Source: a virus (taxonomy: Duplodnaviria > Caudoviricetes). Taken from it: 34,949 nucleotides of DNA. Positions within the stretch are counted from its first letter, which is position 1; every line of letters begins with the position of its first letter. This document shows, one piece after another, positions 8,541-17,747 of the stretch. The position numbers and the translations under genes were made by a program. Location of the stretch: positions 1 to 34,949 of the IMG/VR virus record IMGVR_UViG_3300047399_000110; one strand, written 5' to 3'. The notes under the pieces are model-generated. The model was not told the origin of the DNA. It worked only from the letters and a program-made list of their open reading frames with translations, and made no database searches.

Positions 8541-9547
8541 GCCAGGCGGCGCCGGAGCGCGACGGGGACCGGATCAGCGAGCGGCTGCCGCCGGGGTTCT
8601 CGCAGCCGGTGGTGTTGCGGCGTGCGGGGTGGAAGGAGCCGGTGCGGCCCCGGCGTGAGGTGAAGCAGTGCCGGTACCATGGGGGGAAGTACCCGTTGCC
8701 GGCGAGCCCGATGTGCGCGCACCCGGATTGCATCAGGACGTGGCTGTACCTGGCGCGGCTGCGGAGCGTGACGATACGGCGGGTTCTGGTGAAGCTGAAC
8801 GACCTGTGCCTGGTAGAGGACTTCGTGCAGCACATGGCGTACCGGTACCTGTACCAGCTGTCGCAGGGCAAGACGCCGATGATGCGGCCGCTGTGGATCC
8901 TGTATGAGATCTTGGACTTTTTTGAGGGGAAGAACAGGTACCATCGCAGGGAGGAACTGGTGCCGATGAATGTCGGCCGGGTGGATGACGACGAGGACGA
9001 GGAGGGGCCTGACTGGGAGATGACGCAGTCTGACGTGGACGCGGCGATCGAGGGGCACCTGGAGGAGGTGGACGCGCGGTACGAGACGGACGGGTACAGC
9101 CGGGTGCTGTACGACGAGGTGTCGGACTACATGCTGGTGGCTGGGTTCCGTCTGGAGTTGCTGGCATTGCGCGGGGACGTTAGCATGGGGGACGTCTGGC
9201 GCCTTGAGGCGGATGCCCGGATGGAGGGCTTGTCGCTGACGGCGGTGGACTTGCGGATGCAGGTGGCGGCGGCGTGGGTGTCGCTGTGGGCCTCGTACCG
9301 GGAAGGAGTCGGAGATGTCCGTGGAAGGAAGCGACGGAAAGAGCGGATCCGGTCACGGGGGGAGCGTGCGCGCGCAGCGCAACTTGGCGTCGGCGATTTC
9401 GCGTTTGCGGGTGAAGCCCAAGGACCTGACGGCGGACGACCTGAAGCTGCTGGCGATGGAGTTCATCCTCGACCAGGACTCCATCGACGACGGGCGGGAC
9501 GCGCAGCGGGCGCGGGTGCAGCTGGATGCGCTGAAGTTCATCCATGA
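8537..9547 (+). CDS. Putative divergent sigma70/ECF-like transcription factor
   Basis: GTGA overlap with the upstream stop. LVEDFVQHMAYRYLYQL...LWILYEILDFF..KNRYHRRE resembles sigma region 2. Has an N-terminal CRYHGG...CAHPDC and an acidic linker. Confidence 0.45.
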   Translation: MSQAAPERDGDRISERLPPGFSQPVVLRRAGWKEPVRPRREVKQCRYHGGKYPLPASPMCAHPDCIRTWLYLARLRSVTIRRVLVKLNDLCLVEDFVQHMAYRYLYQLSQGKTPMMRPLWILYEILDFFEGKNRYHRREELVPMNVGRVDDDEDEEGPDWEMTQSDVDAAIEGHLEEVDARYETDGYSRVLYDEVSDYMLVAGFRLELLALRGDVSMGDVWRLEADARMEGLSLTAVDLRMQVAAAWVSLWASYREGVGDVRGRKRRKERIRSRGERARAAQLGVGDFAFAGEAQGPDGGRPEAAGDGVHPRPGLHRRRAGRAAGAGAAGCAEVHP

Positions 9548-9632
9548 GGTCCGCAAGGACGAGCGCGCGGCGAGCGGCGAGGAAGTGGAGAGTGACTTCG
9601 AGGTGTGGAAGGTCAGGCAGAAGGCCCCGTGA
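9315..9632 (+). CDS. Probable terminase small subunit
   Basis: AAGGAG and GGAG before the ATG. A 105-aa helical protein immediately upstream of terL. Confidence 0.55.
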   Translation: MSVEGSDGKSGSGHGGSVRAQRNLASAISRLRVKPKDLTADDLKLLAMEFILDQDSIDDGRDAQRARVQLDALKFIHEVRKDERAASGEEVESDFEVWKVRQKAP

Positions 9633-9635
9633 GCG

Positions 9636-11354
9636 GTGGTGCCCATGACCCACGCGACGGCTCCGGTGGCGCGGTACATGGTGCCGCAGGGGCGTAGTAC
9701 CAAGCAGGACTACTGGGACAGCTGGGTGAACGACTTCCGGCTGTTTGCGCGGGAGATCGTGAAGATCCACGTGCCCGCGGAGCGCGCGGACGCGCTGGGG
9801 CTGACGGACGACGAGGTGTCGTTCATCATGAACCCGGCGCAGGACCTGCTGCACGCGACGACGCTGGAAGTGTTCAACGACGAGGCCCCCGGCGGCGACA
9901 GCCGTTCGGCGGCGGCGGACGCCTTGGCACCGCTGGCATTGCGGCAGCGCGTGCGGGTGATGGTGCTGAAGGCGCGGCAGGTGGGGTCGAGCACGTTCTG
10001 GGTGCTTTGGTTCCTGTGGAAGTGCCTGACGGTACCGGGAACGCGGGTGGCGCTGGTGGCGCAGGCGGCAGAGTCGGCGAAGACGATCCTGCGGATTGCG
10101 GCGTATGCGGTTGGGTGCCTGCCCAAGTGGATGGTGGCGAACCCGGCGCTGAAGGCGAAGGTCGGGACGACGGTCATCACGTTCGGGAACGGGAGCCGGA
10201 TGACGTGCGGCACGGCGAACTCGGAGTTCTGGCGCGGCGCGTCACTGGACGGGGCGCTGCTGACTGAGGTGACGAGCTACGACAGCCTGATGACGACGCT
10301 GAGTGCGATCACGCGGGCGTGCGCCGGGCCGGTCATCATGGAGTCGACGGCCAAGGGCGTGGACCTGTTCAAGGACCTGTGGGACGACACGCGCAGCAGC
10401 TGGAAGAAGGTGTTCATCTCGTGGATGCTGGACCCGTTCTGCGCGCTGGACAGCACCAGCGTGAAGCCGACCGAGGAGTGCCTGCAGTACATCGAGCGGC
10501 ACGGGCTTACGCCGCGGCAGGCGAACTGGTACCTGGAGACGAAGTGGACGGAGTTTGCGGGCGACCAGCAGCAGTTTGACCAGGAGTGCCCGGCGACGCC
10601 GGAACTGGCGTTCATTGTGGCAGGCACGCGGTTCTTCGTCGGGCGGCACTTCCAGTTCGACACGCGCGAATGGCCGGACATGGACCGGAAGGACTGGGAG
10701 AAGCCGGTGCCGGGGCACAAGTACGTGCTGGGCGTGGACGTGGCCGAGGGCAGCGAGGACGGCGATGCGTCGACGGGCGTGCTTCTGGACGTGACGAACC
10801 TGGACGACATCAAGGTGGCGAGCGTGCTGCAGTGCCACAGGCCGACGCCGGAGTTCGGTGAGGAACTGGTGAAGATGTGCCGGGCGTACGGCAACGTGCT
10901 GGCGTGCGTGGAATCGAACATCGGCCTTGACGTCATCCGCACGCTCAAGCGCGCGGGCGTGAAGCAGTACGTGCGCGAGCACGATGGCAAGATGCTCGAG
11001 CAGATGGACGAGTACGGGTTCAAGACCCGGCGCGAGACGCGGCCGCTGCTCATGGCCAACCTGACGCGCTACGTCATGGGCAACCGGATCAGGGACCTGC
11101 GCGACCCGCGGCTGAAGGACGAGTGCAACAGTTTTGTCTACAACGAGCGCGGCAAGCCCGAGGCCCAGCGCGGCAAGCACGATGACCTGGTACTGGCGCT
11201 GGCGCTGGCGCTGGAGGCCATCAGCCAGTACGCGCGGCTTGCGGCGCCCATGCCGCAGCCCAAGGTGCCGCCGCGGCCTACGCATGACCACAACGCGGCG
11301 CTGCAGTGGGACATCAAGTACGGCTACAAGCCGCCTAAGGCGTCGCCGTACTGA
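9636..11354 (+). CDS. terL: Terminase large subunit
   Basis: Walker A VLKARQVGSST, Walker B ALLTE, coupling motif MESTAKG, and RNase H-like nuclease motifs YVLGVDVAEG..DAS and HDDLVLALALA. The start may be ATG 9645. Confidence 0.95.
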   Translation: MVPMTHATAPVARYMVPQGRSTKQDYWDSWVNDFRLFAREIVKIHVPAERADALGLTDDEVSFIMNPAQDLLHATTLEVFNDEAPGGDSRSAAADALAPLALRQRVRVMVLKARQVGSSTFWVLWFLWKCLTVPGTRVALVAQAAESAKTILRIAAYAVGCLPKWMVANPALKAKVGTTVITFGNGSRMTCGTANSEFWRGASLDGALLTEVTSYDSLMTTLSAITRACAGPVIMESTAKGVDLFKDLWDDTRSSWKKVFISWMLDPFCALDSTSVKPTEECLQYIERHGLTPRQANWYLETKWTEFAGDQQQFDQECPATPELAFIVAGTRFFVGRHFQFDTREWPDMDRKDWEKPVPGHKYVLGVDVAEGSEDGDASTGVLLDVTNLDDIKVASVLQCHRPTPEFGEELVKMCRAYGNVLACVESNIGLDVIRTLKRAGVKQYVREHDGKMLEQMDEYGFKTRRETRPLLMANLTRYVMGNRIRDLRDPRLKDECNSFVYNERGKPEAQRGKHDDLVLALALALEAISQYARLAAPMPQPKVPPRPTHDHNAALQWDIKYGYKPPKASPY

Positions 11355-11359
11355 CGCCC

Positions 11360-11387
11360 TTGCAATCGTCCTGCGCTTGCGTAGACT
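11360..11387 (+). promoter_or_regulatory. Candidate promoter for head genes
   Basis: TTGCAA-N16-TAGACT in the terL-scaffold intergenic gap. Confidence 0.45.
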
Positions 11388-11501
11388 TGTGCGTGGAAGC
11401 CATCCCGCGGCCGGGCGCAGCGGGCGAACGGGCGACCACCGTCCGCGCGGACGATACCGCGCATTCGCCTACCCGGGGCGTAAAACGAGGAGGATGCAGC
11501 C

Positions 11502-12368
11502 ATGTCACTGATGAGTGCCGCGGAGATCGCGGAACTGGACAAGATGTTCGGGTCTGGTGCGGCTGAAGCCATTGTGGCGGATGCCGGGCAGGAGTCGAAG
11601 GAGCCGGCGCAGGAAGCGGGCGACGTGAAAGCGGTGGAAGCCGCGGTCACGGAGTCGCAGAAGGCGCAGGAACCGGAGAGGGTTGCCGAGCCGGAACGGA
11701 AGTCTGAGCCGGATGTGAAGGCCGAGGAGGAGGTGATCCGCCCCGTGCCCTACCGGCGGTTCCAGGAAGTGAACTCGGCCAAGCGCGAGGCGGAAGCCCG
11801 GTGGCAAGCGGCAGAGAACCGCGCCGCCGAACTGGAAGCCAAGCTTGCGGCGGTTTCGGCACTCAAGCAGGAAGCATCGAGGCAGGAGCCCGATGGCGAA
11901 AGCGACTGGCTCAAGCGCATCCTTGACGGGGAAGAATCCGACAACCGCGCATCCGCAAGGGCCACCGACGAGATCCCGGCCTGGGCGAAACCGATGCTGT
12001 CCGAACTGGAGCAACTCCGGCAGGAACGGCAGATGGCGGAGCTCGACCGGACGGTGGCTCAGATCCAAGGACACTACCCGGACTTGCCGGAGGAAGTGAT
12101 CCTGAGCGGGCTGGCCGATGGCCGTGCCCCGGAGGAGATTGCGGTCGCATGGGACCACTTGGGCCGGGCGTATGCCAAGGCCCACGGGTTCGTGCGGCAG
12201 GATGCAACGGTGGCTCCGGTGAAGGAGCAGGCGCCGAAGGCCGACGTGGCCCCGCGCCTGCCTGCTTCCAGGGGGCAGTTGAATGCGCCCGAACCGAAGG
12301 CGTGGGTCCAAGGCTGGGGCAAGGAGCACCAGAAGGCCGTCGCCGACTTCATCAAGCTGCAGGGGTAG
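11502..12368 (+). CDS. Capsid scaffolding protein
   Basis: GAGGAGG Shine-Dalgarno. Acidic coiled coil with VPYRRFQEVN (a VPYxRFxEV scaffold-type motif). Directly upstream of the capsid gene. Confidence 0.8.
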   Translation: MSLMSAAEIAELDKMFGSGAAEAIVADAGQESKEPAQEAGDVKAVEAAVTESQKAQEPERVAEPERKSEPDVKAEEEVIRPVPYRRFQEVNSAKREAEARWQAAENRAAELEAKLAAVSALKQEASRQEPDGESDWLKRILDGEESDNRASARATDEIPAWAKPMLSELEQLRQERQMAELDRTVAQIQGHYPDLPEEVILSGLADGRAPEEIAVAWDHLGRAYAKAHGFVRQDATVAPVKEQAPKADVAPRLPASRGQLNAPEPKAWVQGWGKEHQKAVADFIKLQG

Positions 12369-12417
12369 GGCTGTCCTCCCCCTGCTAACGGGCTGAAAGG
12401 CCCCGGGGGAAAGAGAC

Positions 12418-13701
12418 ATGTCCGCAACGACCCTTCAGATTGAAGCAGTCCTCAAGCGTTTCTACATCGGCAAGATCGTCGAGCAGATCAACCAGGAGTC
12501 GCTGCTCCTCGACAACTTTGAGGAAGAGACGGTGACCTGGAGCGGCTCGACCGCCATCGTCCCGCTGCACACCGCGCGTAACGCGGCGGTCGGCGCGGCG
12601 GCGGAAGGCTCGACGCTGCCGATCCCCGGCCAGCAGACCTACGAGAAGATCATGATCGAGAGCGCGTACGTGTACGGGCAGTTCTCGTTCACTGGTCCGG
12701 CGCGTGCGGCGGCGGCCAAGTCGGCCGGTGCGTTCGCCAACATGGTCGACCTGCAGATGAAGCCGCTGATCCAGGACGTGCGCCACTACTCGGACGTCTG
12801 CATGTTCACGGGCGGCCCGGTCATCGGGTACGTGTGGCAGAAGAACGCGGCCATTGGCGCCGGTCCGGTCGGCATGGAAGCGTCGGTGCGTACGCAGTAC
12901 TCGCCGTCCAACCCGTCCGGCAACCCGGTCGGCCAGCTGGTGCAGATTTACCGCACGGACACGTTCGTGACGGTGGACACGCCGCGCACGCTGCTGTCGA
13001 TCAACCCGACCGGCACCAACATCATCCTGAGCGCCAACGTCGATACCACCGTCGACACGCTGGGCAATACGATTCCGTCCAGCGTCACGCTGGTGCTGGT
13101 GTCGGCGGCCCCCGGCCTCGCCATCGAGCCGATCGGCCTCGCGGGCAACCTCGGTGCGCCGACGTGGTTCAACCTGCAGCGCGGCCTGCCGAGCACCTCG
13201 ACGCTGGCGGGCAACTTCCTGCTGGCGAACCCGACGTCCGCGGCGTACGACGACCTGACGACGAACAGCCTGCAGAACCTGTCGAGCCAGATCATGTACA
13301 AGTCTGGCAAGATGCCGGACGCCATCTGGCTGTCCCCGCTGATGATCTCGGCGTACTCCTCGCTCCTGCAGGGCGTGGCGTCGGGCGTGGCGGGCGCCGC
13401 GCGCTTGGACGTCAAGACCAAGCCGGAGAAGGGCGACATCGGGTTCACGGGCTTTGAGTGGAGCGGCATCCGGTTCTTCCAGGGCCAGGACTGCCCGCTG
13501 GGCGTGATCTACATGCTCCAGCGCAACCACTGGAAGCTCGCGCTGCTCAAGGCCGGCGAGTTCGACGAGTCCACGGGCAGCATCCTGCGTGCGGTGCCGC
13601 AGCAGGACACGTACGCGGGCATGTACAGCTGGTACTACCAGTCGTACACCGACCGTCCGAACGCCAACGGCGCGCTGTGCGGCGTGGCGATCCCGACCTA
13701 A
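12418..13701 (+). CDS. Major capsid protein (HK97 fold)
   Basis: 427 aa after the scaffold. N-terminal AVLKRFYIGKIVEQIN, AAEGSTLP, and C-terminal YTDRPNANGALCGV resemble phage capsid proteins. Strongly biased codon usage. Confidence 0.85.
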   Translation: MSATTLQIEAVLKRFYIGKIVEQINQESLLLDNFEEETVTWSGSTAIVPLHTARNAAVGAAAEGSTLPIPGQQTYEKIMIESAYVYGQFSFTGPARAAAAKSAGAFANMVDLQMKPLIQDVRHYSDVCMFTGGPVIGYVWQKNAAIGAGPVGMEASVRTQYSPSNPSGNPVGQLVQIYRTDTFVTVDTPRTLLSINPTGTNIILSANVDTTVDTLGNTIPSSVTLVLVSAAPGLAIEPIGLAGNLGAPTWFNLQRGLPSTSTLAGNFLLANPTSAAYDDLTTNSLQNLSSQIMYKSGKMPDAIWLSPLMISAYSSLLQGVASGVAGAARLDVKTKPEKGDIGFTGFEWSGIRFFQGQDCPLGVIYMLQRNHWKLALLKAGEFDESTGSILRAVPQQDTYAGMYSWYYQSYTDRPNANGALCGVAIPT

Positions 13702-13711
13702 CCGGCCAAGG

Positions 13712-13741
13712 CGCGGGCGGCGGCATGGTGCTGCCGCCCGC
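13712..13741 (+). terminator. GC-rich hairpin after the capsid gene (terminator or stabiliser)
   Basis: GCGGGCGGCGGCA-TGG-TGCTGCCGCCCGC. No U-tract. Confidence 0.45.
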
Positions 13742-13791
13742 TGCCGCCGGAACAGACTGACCGCAGGGCGAAAGCCCGGGAGAAGAAGACC

Positions 13792-14325
13792 ATGTCGACC
13801 ACGTACACCCAGATTCCCGGCGCGGGCGGCTTGTCCGTCACGGCCAACAACCAGGGCGGCGCCTCGGCGATCGGCCCGCAGCAGCCGTGCAAGGTGGGCG
13901 TCCTTGCGCTCACGTACCCGACCGGCCTGCCGCTGAACCCCGTCCTGAGCGAGGAGGTGTTCAACGATGCGACGCTGCCGGCCATCCAACTGGCTGCGGA
14001 GATCGTGTGCGTCAACACGGCGGGCGTGTACTCGCTGGTGGTGCCGTTCAAGTGCAAGGTCATCGGCGCGTCCTTCGTGTCGACCGGCGTGGCCCCGCAC
14101 GCGGGCGACACGTTCGCGATCGGCAAGACCGCCCTGGCCGGCGGCGCGCCGAGCGTCATCTGCGCCGCGACGGCGATCACGGCGGCTGCCACGAGTTCGA
14201 CGCCCGCTGCCACGGTGGACCTGTCGACCGCGACGCTGCTCGCGGGTGACACGCTCACGGTGACGACGGTGAAGAACACCAACGTGGCGGGCTCGTGCTT
14301 CGTGACGCTGGTGCCGGTGGCGTAA
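13792..14325 (+). CDS. Probable capsid decoration/cement protein
   Basis: 177 aa, Thr/Ala/Val-rich and beta-like, directly after the capsid gene with similar codon bias. Confidence 0.6.
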   Translation: MSTTYTQIPGAGGLSVTANNQGGASAIGPQQPCKVGVLALTYPTGLPLNPVLSEEVFNDATLPAIQLAAEIVCVNTAGVYSLVVPFKCKVIGASFVSTGVAPHAGDTFAIGKTALAGGAPSVICAATAITAAATSSTPAATVDLSTATLLAGDTLTVTTVKNTNVAGSCFVTLVPVA

Positions 14326-14350
14326 CGCCGCGGTTCTGATAGACTGGGCT

Positions 14351-14391
14351 GGCCGGGCGGCCGGGGCACCTGCATGTCCCGCCGCCCGGCC
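14351..14391 (+). terminator. Hairpin after the decoration gene
   Basis: 11-bp inverted repeat GGCCGGGCGGC...GCCGCCCGGCC with a weak TTC tail. Confidence 0.45.
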
Positions 14392-14409
14392 TTCACCATG
14401 GCGGGCCGC

Positions 14410-14814
14410 ATGTTTGACGAGAGCACCAGCACTCAGCCACAGGACAGCGGATTCAGCCCGGTTTCACAGGGCGTGCAGCAGGCCGCGCAGCAGGAACTTG
14501 AGCGGCGCCGGCAGATGCAGCAGCAGCAATCTGACCAACGCAAGAACATGATTGGCACGGGAACCGGCATCGTCGGGGCGATCCTCGGCGGCGTGTTCGG
14601 GGGCCTTCCGGGCGCCACGGCAGGGTATTCGGCGGGCAAGGCGCTTGGGACCGGGAAGATGCCGGACATGGGCGCGATGCAGTCGTTGCTGGCTCCGGCC
14701 GCTCCGCAGGACAACCCGTTCCAAAGTGTGGCGGCGTGGGCACCGCGGCCAGTGAGCACCGCACTTCCCAAGATGCCGCAGCAGGCGAGCGGCCTTTCCC
14801 TCGGCAACCTGTAG
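14410..14814 (+). CDS. Gln-rich protein with a glycine-zipper segment (possible pilot/ejection protein)
   Basis: Contains GTGIVGAILGGVFGGLPGATAGYSAGKALG. The start is uncertain (14374, 14398 or 14410); 14374 lies inside the hairpin. Confidence 0.5.
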   Translation: MFDESTSTQPQDSGFSPVSQGVQQAAQQELERRRQMQQQQSDQRKNMIGTGTGIVGAILGGVFGGLPGATAGYSAGKALGTGKMPDMGAMQSLLAPAAPQDNPFQSVAAWAPRPVSTALPKMPQQASGLSLGNL

Positions 14815-14823
14815 GAGGCGCGC

Positions 14824-16728
14824 ATGTACACGCCGGCCGAGATTGCGTCGCAGATCACGCAGAGCCTGAACCTGAACACCCAGTTCCGCCAGGTCTGGGA
14901 AGTGTGCATCGAGTTCCTGCGCGGCAACCAGGAGCCGGGCATTGCGGTGTCCGGCATCAACACGACGGGCGCGCAGATTGCCAACCGCATCTGGCAGCCA
15001 GAGAACATCATCATCAACAAGATCCTGCCGCTGCGGAATAGCGTGGCGTCGCGGCTCGCGACCGCGTACCCGTCGATGACGGTCATGCCGGCAAGCGACA
15101 CGACTGACGACGAGATGCGGGCGAAGGCCAGCCAGCTGGCACTGCGGTACTTCTGGAACGAGAAGAAGATCAAGCGCAAGTTGAAGCTTGGCACGCAGTG
15201 GCTGACGGACACTGGCAACTACTGGCTGCACGAGTACTTTGACGAGGTCACTGGCGACGTCGAGTGCGAACTCATCAAGCCGTTCGACGGCCTGTGCGAG
15301 CCGTACGTCTCGGACATCAAGGACGCCTCGTGGCTGGGCATCCGCCGGTTCACGACCAAGGAGGCGCTGGAGGCGCGGTTTCCGAACGAGGTCAAGCAGA
15401 TCGAGGAGCACGCGGCGCAGAGCCGCAGTTACGACAGCTACCGGCAGATCGGGCCGAACAGCAAGCCCCGCGACCGGGTGGAAGTGTGGGAGGTCTACAC
15501 GGCAGACGGGCGGCACATGATGCTGCTCGGGTCGTACGTCCTGTGGGAAGGGCGGATGCAGACCAAGAACATCCCCATCCAGCACGTGCGCTACAACGAG
15601 ATCTCCGGGTACCTGCAGGGCGTGGGTCTGGTCGAGGTGTGCCTGTCGTCGCAGATCATGCGCAACAGGTTCAACACGCAGATCATGAAGAACGCGTACC
15701 TGATTGGCAACCCGAAGATCCTGCGGCCGGTCGAGGCGGGGCTGGAACCGGGCGTGTTTGCCAGCGACGCGGGCGAGATCATCGACTACAACGGTGGCCA
15801 CGCGCCGTCGTTCCTTGGCGCGCCGCCGCTGCCGGATTACCTGGTGACGCTGCCGGCGCGCCTGGACGCGGACATGGGCGACGCTGCCAGCCAGCACGCC
15901 ATCTCGATGGGCAAGATCTCCAGCGCCCGCAGCGGCGCGGCGATTGACGCGCTGACGCAGAACGACCTGAGTCCGTTGCAGCTGGTGCAGGAGAACATCG
16001 AGGAGGCCGTGACGGACATGGCCGTGTGCGTGCTGCAGTTGATGAAGGCGCACTACACCGAGACGAAGTTCCTGCGCATGATGGGCGAGAACGGCCAGTT
16101 CGTGCATCTGGAACTGGACTCGACGGACTTCGTGGACGACCCGCAGGTGTTCCTGGAAGCGGGCAGCCTGTTCCGCATGGAGGCCAGCGACCGCGACCAG
16201 AAGACGCTGCAGATGCTGGCGGCCAAGGTCATCACGCCGGAAGAAGCCAAGCGCAACCTTGCGACGCACATGGTCAGCGGCGACATGGTCACGAAGATGA
16301 AGGCCATGCGCCGGGCGCGCGACCTGTTGCAGGCGGTCGTGACGTTCAAGCGTCCGTTGCAGGACGTGACACCGCTGGACGACTTGGACGCGCTGAAGGA
16401 GGTGTTCGGCGATTACGCGCACAGCCCGGACTTCTACCGCCAGCCGGTGCCGGTTCAGGACATGGTGTACCAGTCCTACCAGCAGATCGTGCAGATGATG
16501 ATGCAGAAGCAGTTCGCGGACCAGAACCCGAGCGCGGCGCAAATGGCGCAGCTTGGCGGCGCGTCCGCGCAGCCGCCGCCGGTTCCCGGCATGGGACCGC
16601 CTACAGGGCAGCAGTCCAATGGTCTGGTTTCGTCCGGTCTGCCGCCGCCTGGCGGCGACCCGGCGTTGTCGGTGCAGGCGATGAAGGCGGAGCAGCAGCA
16701 GTTTGAGCAGGGGCCGCTCGGCCATTGA
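14824..16728 (+). CDS. Portal protein
   Basis: GGAGG Shine-Dalgarno; 634 aa. IIINKILP, VEVWEVY, PIQHVRY...GVGLVE, ARSGAAIDAL and a Gln/Pro-rich tail fit P22-like portals. Confidence 0.85.
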   Translation: MYTPAEIASQITQSLNLNTQFRQVWEVCIEFLRGNQEPGIAVSGINTTGAQIANRIWQPENIIINKILPLRNSVASRLATAYPSMTVMPASDTTDDEMRAKASQLALRYFWNEKKIKRKLKLGTQWLTDTGNYWLHEYFDEVTGDVECELIKPFDGLCEPYVSDIKDASWLGIRRFTTKEALEARFPNEVKQIEEHAAQSRSYDSYRQIGPNSKPRDRVEVWEVYTADGRHMMLLGSYVLWEGRMQTKNIPIQHVRYNEISGYLQGVGLVEVCLSSQIMRNRFNTQIMKNAYLIGNPKILRPVEAGLEPGVFASDAGEIIDYNGGHAPSFLGAPPLPDYLVTLPARLDADMGDAASQHAISMGKISSARSGAAIDALTQNDLSPLQLVQENIEEAVTDMAVCVLQLMKAHYTETKFLRMMGENGQFVHLELDSTDFVDDPQVFLEAGSLFRMEASDRDQKTLQMLAAKVITPEEAKRNLATHMVSGDMVTKMKAMRRARDLLQAVVTFKRPLQDVTPLDDLDALKEVFGDYAHSPDFYRQPVPVQDMVYQSYQQIVQMMMQKQFADQNPSAAQMAQLGGASAQPPPVPGMGPPTGQQSNGLVSSGLPPPGGDPALSVQAMKAEQQQFEQGPLGH

Positions 16729-16736
16729 GGTGACCC

Positions 16737-17744
16737 ATGACCGGACAGGAACTGTACCTGCTGTGCAAGTCGCTCGCGGACGACCCTGACGAGACGTTCT
16801 TCTCGAAGCAGAAGTGGGCCAACGCGCTGCAGGCCGGGTACGCCTCGTACCAGCAGTACATCTGCAACAGCGTGCCCGAGATCTTCGAGAAGCAGTTCGA
16901 CTTCACGCTGCTCGGCAGCCAGTTGCTGACGTGGACGGGAACGCCCGTGGCCGGCGACGTGGCGTCGATCACGGTGGCATCGCCGCTGTCCACGCTGACC
17001 TACTCGTACACGGTGGCATTGGGCGACACCATGGCGGACGTAGCGACGGCGCTCACGGCGCTGGCCGCTGGCAACCCGTTCGTGGCGACGAGCAACGTCG
17101 GCGCCGTGACGCAAGTCCTGTGCAAGACAATGCCGCCAGCGGTGGTGACCAGTTCGTACACTGGTGGCACTGGCAGCGTGCTGCAGGCGCCGGTGCCGCT
17201 GGCCGAGGTCAGCATGGACGGCGTCATCTTTGGCGACACGCCGTACGTTGGCAAGGTGGCGTACCGCATCTCCAAGATGCACACGGTCAACGCGGGCCAG
17301 TCGCCGGACTTCGGCCTGTGGGTTCAGCCCGCGGGCACGATGGAGCAGTTGTGGAACATCACGTCCACGACCGGCTACGGCAACTTCAACCCGGGCAAGT
17401 GGCTGCTGCAAGGCACCGTGCTGAAGTTCAACATCCAGCAGACGTCACTGCTGCGGATGTACTACATTCCGAACGGTCCGGGCGCCAGCGAGTGGCTGAC
17501 GCTCATCAGTTCGCCGGGCCAGTTCGTGGACAATACACCGGACTTCGCGCAGCAGTGCATCGCCTACTTCGCGTACAGCCAGTATGCCATCCAGGACTGG
17601 GCGACAAACCCGGAACTGCAAGCGAAGTTCGGGCAGTTGCTGCAGCAGCTGGACCGCTGGTTGGCGCGCAACCGCACGGGCGATGCACACCGCTGGGTAC
17701 AGCCGGGACGCCAGGGCCTGCAGGGCGGCGGCGGGTGGTGGTAG
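16737..17744 (+). CDS. Head-tail adaptor with an inserted domain
   Basis: Helical N-terminus (LYLLCKSLADDPDETFFS..WANALQAGY) and C-terminus (QCIAYFAYSQYAI) typical of adaptors. Follows the portal. Confidence 0.65.
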   Translation: MTGQELYLLCKSLADDPDETFFSKQKWANALQAGYASYQQYICNSVPEIFEKQFDFTLLGSQLLTWTGTPVAGDVASITVASPLSTLTYSYTVALGDTMADVATALTALAAGNPFVATSNVGAVTQVLCKTMPPAVVTSSYTGGTGSVLQAPVPLAEVSMDGVIFGDTPYVGKVAYRISKMHTVNAGQSPDFGLWVQPAGTMEQLWNITSTTGYGNFNPGKWLLQGTVLKFNIQQTSLLRMYYIPNGPGASEWLTLISSPGQFVDNTPDFAQQCIAYFAYSQYAIQDWATNPELQAKFGQLLQQLDRWLARNRTGDAHRWVQPGRQGLQGGGGWW

Positions 17745-17747
17745 GCC

